In this document: piece after piece, positions 29,540 through 39,017 of the stretch
Numbering within the stretch: position 1 is the stretch's first letter
How the letters are laid out: each line of letters starts with the position of its first letter
The notes under the pieces: model-generated
Databases searched by the model: none
What the model was told of the DNA's origin: nothing
What the model saw: the letters and a program-made list of their open reading frames with translations, nothing else
Made by a program: the position numbers and the translations under genes
Assembly (NCBI GenBank): GCA_036397015.1
Contig: DASWJT010000146.1
Coordinates: forward strand, 10,378-74,377
From: Thermoanaerobaculia bacterium
GTDB lineage: Bacteria > Acidobacteriota > Thermoanaerobaculia > Multivoradales > JAGPDF01
Length of the DNA stretch: 64,000 nt
Reading direction: 5' to 3'

Positions 29540-30463
29540 ATGAAACCCAACCTGCGAGGCTCCCTCGCCCTTTTCGCCGCCACCCTGCTGAGCGCCACGG
29601 CGCCCGCAAGCGCCGCGCTCAAGGTAGTCGCCACGACCTCCGAGTACGGCGCTCTCGCCGCGGAGATCGGCGGCGATCGCGTGACGGTGACGACGATCGC
29701 CAAGCCAACCGAGGATCCTCACTTCGTCGACGCGCGGCCGAGTCAGATCGTGGCCATGAACCGCGCCGACATCCTGATCGAAGGTGGCGCCGAGCTCGAG
29801 ATCGGCTGGTTGCCGCCGCTCCTCGACGGCGCCCGCAACGCCAAGATCCTGGCCGGCGCTCCGGGCCGGGTCGTGGCCTCGGCGGGCGTTCAATTGCTCG
29901 ACATCCCGCTCGCGGCCGACCGCTCCCAGGGCGACACCCACGTGGCCGGCAATCCGCACTTCATGCTCGATCCCGTCAACTCGAGAATCGTCGTCGAACA
30001 CATCGCGAGGGTCTTCGAGGCGCACGACCCGGCCGGCGCGGCGACGTTCGACTCGAATGTCGCCAGCTTCGAAGTCAGGCTCGACGCGAAGTTGAAGGAA
30101 TGGTCCGCTGCCCTGGCGCCGTTCGCCGGCCGCCAGATCGTCACCTACCACCCCACTTGGCGCTACTTCAGCCGCCGGTTCGGCCTGGAGGCGAATACGT
30201 TCCTCGAGCCGAAGCCCGGGATTCCACCTTCCCCGCCGCATCTCGCGAGAGTGATGGAGAAGATGAGGGCGGAGAACATCCGGGTGCTCCTGGTCGAGCC
30301 GTACCAGCCGCGCAAGACCGCCGAGGCCGTCGCGGCGCACAACAATGCCCTGGTCGTCGACGTCTGCCAGTTCCCGGGCGCCATTCCGGGTACCTCCACC
30401 TACCTCGAGCTCATCGACATCGTCGTCCGGCGAGTCGCCCAGGCGCTGGCGGCGCAATCCTAG
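29540..30463 (+). CDS. metal ABC transporter substrate-binding protein (ZnuA/TroA family)
   Basis: In-frame ATG at 29540 and signal peptide LALFAATLLSATAPASA. Motifs: KVVATTSEYGALA, TEDPHF, GNPHFMLDP, PGIPPSPPHL. It has no long His-rich loop, so the metal specificity is open. Confidence 0.85.
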   Translation: MKPNLRGSLALFAATLLSATAPASAALKVVATTSEYGALAAEIGGDRVTVTTIAKPTEDPHFVDARPSQIVAMNRADILIEGGAELEIGWLPPLLDGARNAKILAGAPGRVVASAGVQLLDIPLAADRSQGDTHVAGNPHFMLDPVNSRIVVEHIARVFEAHDPAGAATFDSNVASFEVRLDAKLKEWSAALAPFAGRQIVTYHPTWRYFSRRFGLEANTFLEPKPGIPPSPPHLARVMEKMRAENIRVLLVEPYQPRKTAEAVAAHNNALVVDVCQFPGAIPGTSTYLELIDIVVRRVAQALAAQS

Positions 30464-30473
30464 GAGGATCGCC

Positions 30474-31322
30474 GTGGACCTGTTCACGCTCTGGCTCTGG
30501 CCGCTGGTCGCACTGATCGCCCTCCCGGCGATCCTCGTCTACTTCGGCCTGCACGTCGTCGGACGCGGCATCATCTTCGTCGACCTGGCACTCGCCCAAA
30601 TCGCCGCTCTGGGGATCGCCACAGCAGTTCTTCTCGGCGCGCATCCGGACCACGGTGTCCTGCCCTACGCGCTCGCGATCGGATTCACGCTGGCGGGGGC
30701 GGCGCTCTTCTCGCTGACTCGATTCCGGCATCCGCGTGTGCCCCAGGAAGCGATCATCGGGATCATCTACATCGTGGCGGCCGCCGCGGCGACATTGGTT
30801 CTGAGCCGCACGGCGGCCGGGGACGAGGAGATCAAGAATCTCCTGGTCGGCAACATCCTCCTGGTTTCCCGATCCGAAGTGCTGCGGACGCTGGCGCTCT
30901 ATCTCGCGGTCGGAGCTCTGCACTACTTCCTGCGCCGGAAGTTCCACTTGCTCTCCTTCGACACCGAGGAGGCCGAGCGGCAGGGGATGAGCATTCGTCT
31001 CTGGGACTTTCTCTTCTACGCGACGTTCGGATTGGTGGTCACGAGCTTCGTTCGCATTGCCGGCGTCTACTTGGTGTTCTCCTATCTGATCGTTCCCGCG
31101 GTCTGCGGTGCGCTGCTCTCCTCCCGCACGGCCGCGCGGCTGGCGATCGGCTGGGGAGTGGCGCTCACGGCGGGCGTCACCGGGCTCCTGCTGTCGACCC
31201 AGTGGCAGAGCATGGACCTGCCGACCGGCCCGACCATCGTCTGTCTCTTCGGAGGCTTCCTGATACTCAGCGGCGCGACGGCCTTCGGCCGGAGCCGACG
31301 CGCCTCGAAGTCGGCTTCGTAA
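30474..31322 (+). CDS. metal ABC transporter permease (ABC-3 / ZnuB family)
   Basis: The GTG at 30474 is preceded by AGGAGG (30463-30468). The product is a polytopic ABC-3-like protein (LVFSYLIVPAVCGALL). Confidence 0.85.
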   Translation: MDLFTLWLWPLVALIALPAILVYFGLHVVGRGIIFVDLALAQIAALGIATAVLLGAHPDHGVLPYALAIGFTLAGAALFSLTRFRHPRVPQEAIIGIIYIVAAAAATLVLSRTAAGDEEIKNLLVGNILLVSRSEVLRTLALYLAVGALHYFLRRKFHLLSFDTEEAERQGMSIRLWDFLFYATFGLVVTSFVRIAGVYLVFSYLIVPAVCGALLSSRTAARLAIGWGVALTAGVTGLLLSTQWQSMDLPTGPTIVCLFGGFLILSGATAFGRSRRASKSAS

Positions 31323-31369
31323 CTTTCCCTTCTTCTTCTAAGGTGGATCGGGAGTTATCTTTGATCGCG

Positions 31370-32860
31370 ATGAATGCGAGAGCGCAGAGCTCGATCGGGA
31401 AACGAGTGGGATCGTCCCTGGTCCTGGGGGTGCTGGCGATCTCGTGCTCGGCGAACCCTGCGACCGGCCGGCGGCAGCTCAACTTGTACAGCGAGGTCGA
31501 GGAGATCGAGATCGGCCGTACCGCCGATCGAGAGATCCTCGGGCAGTTGGGGGTGGTCGACGATCCGGAGCTGCAGGGCTGGGTCTCGGAGATCGGCCTG
31601 CGGCTGGCGGCGAGGTCGGAGCGACCGGGACTGCCGTGGTCGTTCAAGGTCGTCGACGATCCGGTGGTCAACGCCTTCGCCCTGCCCGGCGGCTTCGTCT
31701 ACGTGACGCGCGGCATCCTGGCGCACCTCTCCTCGGAGGCCGAGCTGGCGGCGGTGGTCGGGCACGAGATCGGCCACGTCACGGCGCAGCACGGCGTCAA
31801 CCAGATGTCGAAGGCGCAGCTCGCCACCGGCGGGCTGGCGCTGGGGATGATCCTGGCGCCGGGAGCGGCCCAGTCGGCCGGCCAGCTGGCGCAGGCCGGC
31901 CTGGGGCTGCTCTTCCTCAAGTACGGCCGCGACGACGAGCGCCAGGCGGACGACCTCGGCTTGCGCTACATGGTGCAGGGCGGCTTCGAGAGCCGGGAGA
32001 TGCCGAAGGTCTTCGAAGTCCTGCGCCAGGTGGGGGAGAGCGGGGGCGGCGACGGGATCCCGAACTGGCTGTCGTCGCACCCCGATCCGGGAGCCCGCCG
32101 CGAGCGTGCCGAGCGGTCGATTGCCGAGCGCGGCGATCCGCCCGGCGAAGTGGGCGGAAGCGCCTACCTGCGGCGCATCGACGGCATCGCCTTCGGCGCC
32201 GATCCGCGGGACGGGTACTTCGAGGGCACGACGTTCTTCCAGCCGGCGCTGGCGCTGCGGCTCGATTTTCCGGCCGGCTGGAGCGCGAGCAACGCGGCGA
32301 GCCGCGTCGTCGCGGTGCACCCCGAGCGCGTCGCCCAGCTCGAGCTGACCCTCGCCAAGGAGAAGAGCACTGAGGAAGCGGCGCGCGCCTTCCTGGCGCA
32401 GAAGGGCCTGGAGGCCGGGGCTTCACGCCAGTTGCGGACGAACGGGCTGGCCGCCGTGCAGGCCGACTTCGCGGTGCCGCGCGAGAACGCCGGCCGCATC
32501 GTCGGCGGCGTTGTCTTCTTCGAGCTCGAGTCGCGCGTCTTCCGGCTGCTCGCCCTGGCGCTCGAGGACCAGGCTCCGGCCGTGCGCCAGCCGATGCAGG
32601 CCTTCCTGTCGGGCTTCGAGCGGCTCACCGACCGGCGCCGGATCGACGTCGCGCCCCGCCGCATCCGGGTCGAGGCGCTCGACCGGCCGGCGAGCCTGCG
32701 CCAGCTCCACGGGCGCTGGCGATCCGACGCGGCGCTCGAGCTGCTGGCGCTCGTCAACGCCGTCGACGATCCCGATCGCCTGCTCGCCGCGGGCTCGCTG
32801 GTCAAGCGCATCGAAGGGCGAGAGGTCGGCAGCCAGCGCATCGGACCCGACCTGCGATGA
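31370..32860 (+). CDS. M48-family zinc metalloprotease lipoprotein
   Basis: HEIGHVTAQH zinc motif, NAFALPGGFVYVTRG, and a lipobox-like LAISCS. The start is ATG 31370, with in-frame TTG 31361 as an alternative. Confidence 0.88.
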   Translation: MNARAQSSIGKRVGSSLVLGVLAISCSANPATGRRQLNLYSEVEEIEIGRTADREILGQLGVVDDPELQGWVSEIGLRLAARSERPGLPWSFKVVDDPVVNAFALPGGFVYVTRGILAHLSSEAELAAVVGHEIGHVTAQHGVNQMSKAQLATGGLALGMILAPGAAQSAGQLAQAGLGLLFLKYGRDDERQADDLGLRYMVQGGFESREMPKVFEVLRQVGESGGGDGIPNWLSSHPDPGARRERAERSIAERGDPPGEVGGSAYLRRIDGIAFGADPRDGYFEGTTFFQPALALRLDFPAGWSASNAASRVVAVHPERVAQLELTLAKEKSTEEAARAFLAQKGLEAGASRQLRTNGLAAVQADFAVPRENAGRIVGGVVFFELESRVFRLLALALEDQAPAVRQPMQAFLSGFERLTDRRRIDVAPRRIRVEALDRPASLRQLHGRWRSDAALELLALVNAVDDPDRLLAAGSLVKRIEGREVGSQRIGPDLR

Positions 32861-33318
32861 GCGCGCCGGCACCGCTGGTGCGAGCGGCGCGAGCGTCCGA
32901 CCGCGACGTCATCGCCCGCTTCAACGCCGCCATGGCGCTCGAGACCGAGGGCCGGAGCCTCGACCTCGCGACGCTCGAGCGCGGCGTCGAGCGCGCCCTC
33001 GCCGACCCCGCCCGGGGCAGCTACTTCGTCGCCGAGCGCGACGGCCGCGCCGCGGGCTGCCTGCTGGTGACGCGCGAGTGGAGCGATTGGCGGGACGGCT
33101 GGTTCTGGTGGATCCAGAGCGTCTACGTGCCGGCCGAGCACCGGGGCCGCGGCGTCTACTCCGCGCTCCACGAGCGGGTGCGCGCGGCGGCGCGCGAAGC
33201 GGGAGGCGTCGTCGGCCTGCGGCTCTACGTCGAGCGGCACAACGAGCGCGCGCAGCGGACCTATCGCCGCCTCGGCATGCGCGACGCCGGCTACCTCGTT
33301 TACGAAGAGCTTTTCTAG
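32857..33318 (+). CDS. GNAT-family N-acetyltransferase
   Basis: 153 aa. The acetyl-CoA loop is VPAEHRGRGVYSALH. ATGA overlap with the M48 stop. Confidence 0.85.
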   Translation: MSAPAPLVRAARASDRDVIARFNAAMALETEGRSLDLATLERGVERALADPARGSYFVAERDGRAAGCLLVTREWSDWRDGWFWWIQSVYVPAEHRGRGVYSALHERVRAAAREAGGVVGLRLYVERHNERAQRTYRRLGMRDAGYLVYEELF

Positions 33319-35072
33319 CCCGCGCGCTCGACGGGCTCGGCGGCGCCCGACGGTACGGTCGCCAGTTCGACGGCCCGCTCCGCCGCCAGCACGGTCGTCG
33401 CCAGCCGCTCGACGCGGTCGAGCAGCGACGGATCGGAGCCGGCGACCTCGATCGCGTGGCGGTAGGCGGCGTAGGAGCGGGCGAGGTACTCGGCGCCGGC
33501 CGCCAGGGTCTCGAGCAGGACGCGGTGCAACTTGGGGACCTCGAGGTCGGCCTCCAGGTCGTCGCTCGCCAGGGTGCGGAGCCGCAGGCTGTACGCCTTG
33601 CGATGGATGGCCTCCAGGCGCCGCGCGAGATTGCGCTCCTCCTCCTCGACCGCGAGCGCCAGCTCGCCGAGGCCGCGGCGCGTGCGCAGCTTCTCGGCGC
33701 TGAGCGAGATGCCGAGTCCGAGGGCGAGCGGGCCGTAGTCGCTGCGGATCTGCTGCGGGCTGCGCCGCGCGGCGCCGGAGATCGGCAGCAGGCGAGGGCG
33801 GCGCATCTCGACGAGGAGAGCGCGCAGGTTGGCCAGGCCGCGGCGCGCGCCGACCAGCCGTTTGATCTCCACCGCGGTCTGCGAAACGATGCCCGGGAAG
33901 CGCGCCCCAGACGCTCCGGTCGCGGTGACGGAGCCGGACTCGCCGAGCTCGCGCAGCAGCCGGTGGAGCGCCGGCCGGAGCTCGAGCATGATGCGGACAC
34001 GCGTCGCGACGTCCTGCTGCGGCCGGCCGAACTCGAGAAGCTGGCCGCGGACCTCGACGAGGTCGGCCAGTCGGCGCACGGCGACAGCGCTCATCGCCCG
34101 GTTCTCGTAGATCGAGGACAGGATGACGGAGAAGGCGCGCAGCGATTCGAGGCCGAGCTCCGCGCCGGTGACGTACCAGTCGGCGACGGCCAGCCGGCGG
34201 ACCAGGCCGCGCTCGAGGATCTCGTCGAGCACCGGCGTCAGGTCGGCGAGCTCCTCGCGACAGCGCACCACCTCTGCGCGATCGGCACCGTCGCGCGAGG
34301 CCGGGAGCCGCACCTCGCCGGAGGAGGTCCGGGAGCGGGGCGGCGGAGTCGGCGCCGGCGGCGGAGCTGGCTCGCCGTGCCCGCCGCCGAGAGTGCGCTC
34401 GACGAGCGCACCCAGCCGCTGCGGCGCTTCGCCGCCGAGGGCGAGGAAGCGGGCGGCGATGCCGAGGTGGCCGAGCGGATTCCGCTCGGCGTGACGTACG
34501 ACCCGGGCGCGGCCGCGGATCGGCTCCGGCTCGCTCGCGAACTCGAGCGCGAATCCGAAATCGGAGCCTACCGGCAGTGCGTCGAGGGCCCGCATCAGCA
34601 TCCCCGAAGTCGACAGATTCTCGAGCCAGAGCTCGAGCTGCTCGCCGGCGGGCAGGGTGAGCTGCAGCCGCACGCCATCGGGGACCGCGACGCGCGGCGA
34701 GACGTCGAGCAGCGCCGTCACCTGCTCCTGGAACTCGACCAGAGAGCAGCCGCCGGGGAGCAGGCGGTTGGCGAGTCGGCCGACGGGCAGGTCGGTGGGC
34801 TCGATCTCGTCGCCGGCGCCGATGACGAGCAGGCCGGCCTTGCGCGCCGCGGAGTCCGCGGACCGCAGACTCCGCAGCACGCGGTCGGCGCCGAGCACCG
34901 GGAGCGCGACGACGATCAGATCGAAGGGCGTGCGCCGGATCTCGCGCTCGGCCTCCCAGACATGCTCCGCCCGGACGAGCGAGAGATTCGCTCGCCGCAA
35001 CGGAGCCACGAACCGCTCGATGCGCGGCGGCTCGTCGGCGAGAAGCAGTGCGCTGCGGTCCCCGGCAGGCAC
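33315..35072 (-). CDS. pseudo-receiver / PilZ-domain protein with large uncharacterised helical C-terminal region
   Basis: 585 aa. The N-terminal CheY-like fold has Ala at the phospho-acceptor position (FDLIVVALPV). The PilZ-like barrel carries ENLSTSGM (D/NxSxxG). About 330 aa of unrecognised helical sequence follows. Confidence 0.7.
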   Translation of the reverse strand: MPAGDRSALLLADEPPRIERFVAPLRRANLSLVRAEHVWEAEREIRRTPFDLIVVALPVLGADRVLRSLRSADSAARKAGLLVIGAGDEIEPTDLPVGRLANRLLPGGCSLVEFQEQVTALLDVSPRVAVPDGVRLQLTLPAGEQLELWLENLSTSGMLMRALDALPVGSDFGFALEFASEPEPIRGRARVVRHAERNPLGHLGIAARFLALGGEAPQRLGALVERTLGGGHGEPAPPPAPTPPPRSRTSSGEVRLPASRDGADRAEVVRCREELADLTPVLDEILERGLVRRLAVADWYVTGAELGLESLRAFSVILSSIYENRAMSAVAVRRLADLVEVRGQLLEFGRPQQDVATRVRIMLELRPALHRLLRELGESGSVTATGASGARFPGIVSQTAVEIKRLVGARRGLANLRALLVEMRRPRLLPISGAARRSPQQIRSDYGPLALGLGISLSAEKLRTRRGLGELALAVEEEERNLARRLEAIHRKAYSLRLRTLASDDLEADLEVPKLHRVLLETLAAGAEYLARSYAAYRHAIEVAGSDPSLLDRVERLATTVLAAERAVELATVPSGAAEPVERAG

Positions 35073-35181
35073 GATCGTCGGCCCGACTCCTCCCCTGGAT
35101 GCGAGTCGTGACCGATCGAACGTATCCGAAGCGACCGGCGGCTGGTTGTGGAAGATTCCACTCCCGATCGCCGCACCCCGC

Positions 35182-36357
35182 TCACGAGACCGGGATGCGC
35201 TTGTCCGGATCGACGAACGGCATCGGCACGACAGTGGCGGTGCGCGGACCCCACTCCGAGTCGACCTGCGCCCGCGTGCCTTCGGCGGCGAGCTCGGCGG
35301 GCAACCAGCAGTAGCCGATGTTGCTACCCAGCCGGGGCGAGAAGATGGCCGAGGTCACGCGCCCGATGACCTCGCCGCCGCCCTCGCGGTGCGCCGGCCA
35401 CTTGACGTTGTTGAGGCTCGGGAACGGCTCGCCGCCGAGCTCGACGCCGACGAGGCGGCGCTTCACTCCTTGCTCGCGGATGCGGCGCAGGGCGGCGACC
35501 GAGATCGACGCGCGGTCGTCGAGGCCGAAGCTGACGAGGCGCTCGAGGCCGAGCTCGAGCGGGTTGTCCTCGTAGGTCATGTCGGCGCCCCAGTTGAGGA
35601 TGCCGCCCTCGATGCGGCGGATGTCGGAAGGCCCGGTGGGCACGACGCCGTGCGGCTTCCCGACGGCGAAGATCGCTTCCCACAGCTCGCTGCCGCGCGC
35701 CGCGTCGAGCAGGTAGATCTCGTAGCCGACTTCGCTCGACCAGCCGGTGCGCGTCACCACCACCGGGATGTCGCCGACCGCGGCGCGCGTCCACCAGTAG
35801 TACTTGAGCTCGCGGATCTCGGGACCGACGAGGTCGGCCATCAGCGCCTTCGACTTCGGGCCCTGGATCTGCAGCGGCGCGACGTCGAGCTCGCGGATCG
35901 TGACGTCGAGAGCGGGGAAGGCGTTCTTCAGCCCACGGGCGAAGAGCAGCGCGTCGGAGGAGGCGAGAGCGAACCAGAAGGTGTTCTCCTCCATGCGCGT
36001 CATCACCGGGTCGTTGACGACGCCGCCGTCGGCGTCGCAGATCAACACGTACTTGCCCTGGCCGACGGCGCACTTCGAGAGGTCGCGCGGGGTCAAGAGC
36101 TGCGCGAAGCGGAAGCCGTCGCGGCCCGAGATCTCGAGGCAGCGCTCGACCGCCACGTCCCACACCGTGACGCCGTGCAAGAGCGCCTCGAACTCCGCCT
36201 CGAACGAGTCGAAGCGGATCGGGAAGTACATGTGATTGTAGACGGTGAAGCCCTGCGGCGAGTGCCGCTGCGTGGCCTCGTAGTACGGCGTGCGCCGGTT
36301 CCGCGCGCCGCGCTGCACCAGGCTCATGTCGAACGGGGGCATGGTCTCTCCTCGCAT
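35182..36357 (-). CDS. aminomethyltransferase-family protein (GcvT/DmdA/LigM-like, folate-dependent)
   Basis: 391 aa. GcvT-fold blocks: LLHGVTVWDVAVERCLEISGRD, LQIQGPKS, TRTGWSSEVGYEIY, IEGGIL. The start may instead be ATG 36342. Confidence 0.82.
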   Translation of the reverse strand: MRGETMPPFDMSLVQRGARNRRTPYYEATQRHSPQGFTVYNHMYFPIRFDSFEAEFEALLHGVTVWDVAVERCLEISGRDGFRFAQLLTPRDLSKCAVGQGKYVLICDADGGVVNDPVMTRMEENTFWFALASSDALLFARGLKNAFPALDVTIRELDVAPLQIQGPKSKALMADLVGPEIRELKYYWWTRAAVGDIPVVVTRTGWSSEVGYEIYLLDAARGSELWEAIFAVGKPHGVVPTGPSDIRRIEGGILNWGADMTYEDNPLELGLERLVSFGLDDRASISVAALRRIREQGVKRRLVGVELGGEPFPSLNNVKWPAHREGGGEVIGRVTSAIFSPRLGSNIGYCWLPAELAAEGTRAQVDSEWGPRTATVVPMPFVDPDKRIPVS

Positions 36358-36430
36358 GGCGAGGCCATGCTATCGAGTCGGGGCGGCCGGCCGGGCGGCC
36401 AGGGAGCGGCTCCCCGGTGCCGACGACGCG

Positions 36431-37519
36431 TCAGCGCACGCGCTGGCGGCGGTTGCGGATGTAATCGGCGAGGATGAACTCGCCGAGGTTGTCGGGGGAG
36501 GCGAAGTAGGCGCGGCCGCGGTTGACCTTGGTGAGCTGCTCGACGAACTGCTGCAGCCAGGGGTCGGTGGCGATCATGAAGGTGGTGATCACGATTCGCT
36601 GCCGCCGGCAGAGGTCGGCCTCCTCGAGCGTCTTGTTGACGATCCGCATGTCGAGGCCCAGCGGGTTCTTGTAGATATGGCCGCCCTCGGTGATCGCCGA
36701 CGGCTTGCCGTCGGTGACCAAGAAGATCTGGCGGTTGGGCTGCTTGCGGCGCTCGAGGATGCCGCGCGCGAGCTGCAGCGCCTCGCGCGTGTTGGTGTGA
36801 AAGGGCCCGGCCTCGATGTAGGGGATCTTGGAGACGGCGATGCGCTCGGCGCGGTCGCCGAACTGGATGACGCTCAGGAAGTCCTTCGGGTACTTGCTGG
36901 TGATGAGCTCGGTCAAGGCGAGGGCGACGGTCTTCGCCGGCGTGATGCGGTCCTCGCCGTAGAGGATCATCGAGTGCGAGACGTCGATGGCGACGACGGT
37001 GGCGCAGGAGGTCAGGTGCTCGCTCTCCTGCACCTCGAGGTCCTCCTCGGCCAGCGCCAGCTCACCCTGCGTGCGCTTCAATGCATTCGACAGCGAGCGC
37101 ACCGAGTCGATGCGGTGGAGCTCGTCGCCGAAGGCGTAGGGGCGCGTCTCCGCCTGCGGCTCCGCGCCCTCGCCGAAGGCAGTCGTCGGGTGGTAGCCGG
37201 CGGCGCCCTTCTTCAGACCGGAGAAGATCGTCTCGAAGGCGCTCTTGCGGATCTGGCGCTCGCCCGCGCCGGAGAGCACCAGGGCGCCCTCGCTGTCGCG
37301 CTCGAGCAGGCCCTCGCGCTCGAGCCGGTCGAAGAACGCCGCGAGGTCGATCGACGGATCGAGGTAGCCCTGCTCCTGCAGGTAGCGCATCCAGTTCTTG
37401 GCTTCCTCGGGGTCGCCGCCGGCGGCGAGCAGGAGTTGGTTCCAGATCCGCATCAGGTCGATCCCCGCCAGGATCTGGCGGATCAGGTCGGGATCGAGAT
37501 GGAGGTAGCGGTGGCGCAC
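36431..37519 (-). CDS. VWA-domain protein (ChlD-like MIDAS partner of the upstream AAA+)
   Basis: 362 aa. MIDAS motif VVAIDVSHSM (DxSxS), then FLVTDGKPSA. It starts 2 nt after the AAA+ stop. Confidence 0.85.
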   Translation of the reverse strand: MRHRYLHLDPDLIRQILAGIDLMRIWNQLLLAAGGDPEEAKNWMRYLQEQGYLDPSIDLAAFFDRLEREGLLERDSEGALVLSGAGERQIRKSAFETIFSGLKKGAAGYHPTTAFGEGAEPQAETRPYAFGDELHRIDSVRSLSNALKRTQGELALAEEDLEVQESEHLTSCATVVAIDVSHSMILYGEDRITPAKTVALALTELITSKYPKDFLSVIQFGDRAERIAVSKIPYIEAGPFHTNTREALQLARGILERRKQPNRQIFLVTDGKPSAITEGGHIYKNPLGLDMRIVNKTLEEADLCRRQRIVITTFMIATDPWLQQFVEQLTKVNRGRAYFASPDNLGEFILADYIRNRRQRVR

Positions 37520-37520
37520 G

Positions 37521-39017
37521 TCAGTGGATCTCGGGCGTGCCCGGGCGCCTCCGCTGCGGCTTCAAGAGCTGGAACTTGAGCATCTCCTTGTAGGTGATCT
37601 GGCTGTCGAGGTCCTGGCGCGCCAGCTTCACGCACTGGTGCAGGCCGTCGAGAATCACCTCGGCCCAGAAGGCCCTCTGCTCGGGCGCGTCGCCGCGGGT
37701 GGCGGCGAGCTCCAGCAAGCCCGGGACGCGCTCGAGCTCGGCGAGGTGCGCGGCGAACGGCGTCTCGTCGGAGAGCGTCACCTCGTTGCCGGCGGCGAAC
37801 CAGGCGAGGATCGGGGCGTACGGACCGGTGTCGTCCTCGCCGCCCGAGCCGGCCTCGCGGCCGACCTCGGGGAACTCGGACTGGAACGTCTCGAGGACCG
37901 CGGCGCCGACGAGCTTGCGCACCACGACCTCGGCGCCCTGCTGCTCGCCCTCGTAGACCATCTCGATCTTGCCGGTGATCGCCGGGGCGAGCAGCGGCAG
38001 GTCGCAGACGCGCGGGTGCACGACCTCGTCGCCGGTGGCGAACCGTCGCCGCTCGAGGTTCGAGACCAGGAGCTCGATCGCCGAGATGGCGACGCGCGCC
38101 GAGACGCCGGAGGACTGGTCGACGAGGTCGCTCTCGCGCGCCGCGATCGAGATCTCCTCGATGAGATGCCGCACAGCGCCGGGCACGACGACGTCCGGCC
38201 CGCCCTCGCGCTCCACCCACGCCTCCTGCGCCGTGATCTGCGCCGCGAGCTCCGCCGACGGCGGGTAGTGGGTGAGGATCTGCGAGGCGATGCGGTCTTT
38301 GAGCGGCGTGATGATGGTGCCGCGGTTGGTGTAGTCCTCCGGATTGGCGGAGAAGGCAAAGACGAGGTCGAGCGACAGCCGCACCGGGAAGCCGCGAATC
38401 TGCAGGTCGCGCTCCTCGAGCAGGTTGAGGAGGCCGACCTGGATGCGTGGCGCGAGGTCGGGCAGCTCGTTGATGGCGAAGATGCCGCGATGGGTGCGCG
38501 GAATGATGCCGAAGTGGATGACCTCGGGGTCGGCGTAGGTGAGCTTGCGCGTCGCCGCCTTGATCGGGTCGATGTCGCCGAGGAGATCGGCGATCGAAAC
38601 GTCGGGCGTAGCGAGCTTCTCGTTGTAGCGCGCCTCGCGCGGCAGCCAGTCGACGGGGGCGTCGTCGCCGGCCTCGTCGAGGCGGCGCTCGGCCCACGTC
38701 GAGAGCGGCGCCATCGGGTCGTCGTTGATCTCGCTGCCGGCGAGCACCGGCACCTCCGGGTCGAGGAAATCGGTCAGCGCGCGCAGGATGCGGGACTTGG
38801 CCTGCCCGCGCAGGCCGAGCAGGATGAAGTCGTGGCCGGCGAGCAGCGCGTTGACGACGCCCGGGATGACGGTGCGCTCGTAGCCGAGGATGCCGGGGAA
38901 GAGCGTCTCCCGCCGCTCCAGCTTGCGCAGCAGATTGGCGCGCATCTCCCGCCGCACCGGACGCGGCCGGTAGCCGCTCCCCCGGAGCTCGCCGACGGTG
39001 CGCGGCCGGCGGCTCAC
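37521..39017 (-). CDS. ChlI/BchI-like AAA+ ATPase (Mg-chelatase-related, orphan)
   Basis: The in-frame GTG at 39017 overlaps the trxB stop (GTGA). [18 protein letters not shown] aligns to the BchI P-loop, and [12 protein letters not shown] aligns to Walker B. It also has sensor-like blocks. Confidence 0.85.
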   Translation of the reverse strand: MSRRPRTVGELRGSGYRPRPVRREMRANLLRKLERRETLFPGILGYERTVIPGVVNALLAGHDFILLGLRGQAKSRILRALTDFLDPEVPVLAGSEINDDPMAPLSTWAERRLDEAGDDAPVDWLPREARYNEKLATPDVSIADLLGDIDPIKAATRKLTYADPEVIHFGIIPRTHRGIFAINELPDLAPRIQVGLLNLLEERDLQIRGFPVRLSLDLVFAFSANPEDYTNRGTIITPLKDRIASQILTHYPPSAELAAQITAQEAWVEREGGPDVVVPGAVRHLIEEISIAARESDLVDQSSGVSARVAISAIELLVSNLERRRFATGDEVVHPRVCDLPLLAPAITGKIEMVYEGEQQGAEVVVRKLVGAAVLETFQSEFPEVGREAGSGGEDDTGPYAPILAWFAAGNEVTLSDETPFAAHLAELERVPGLLELAATRGDAPEQRAFWAEVILDGLHQCVKLARQDLDSQITYKEMLKFQLLKPQRRRPGTPEIH

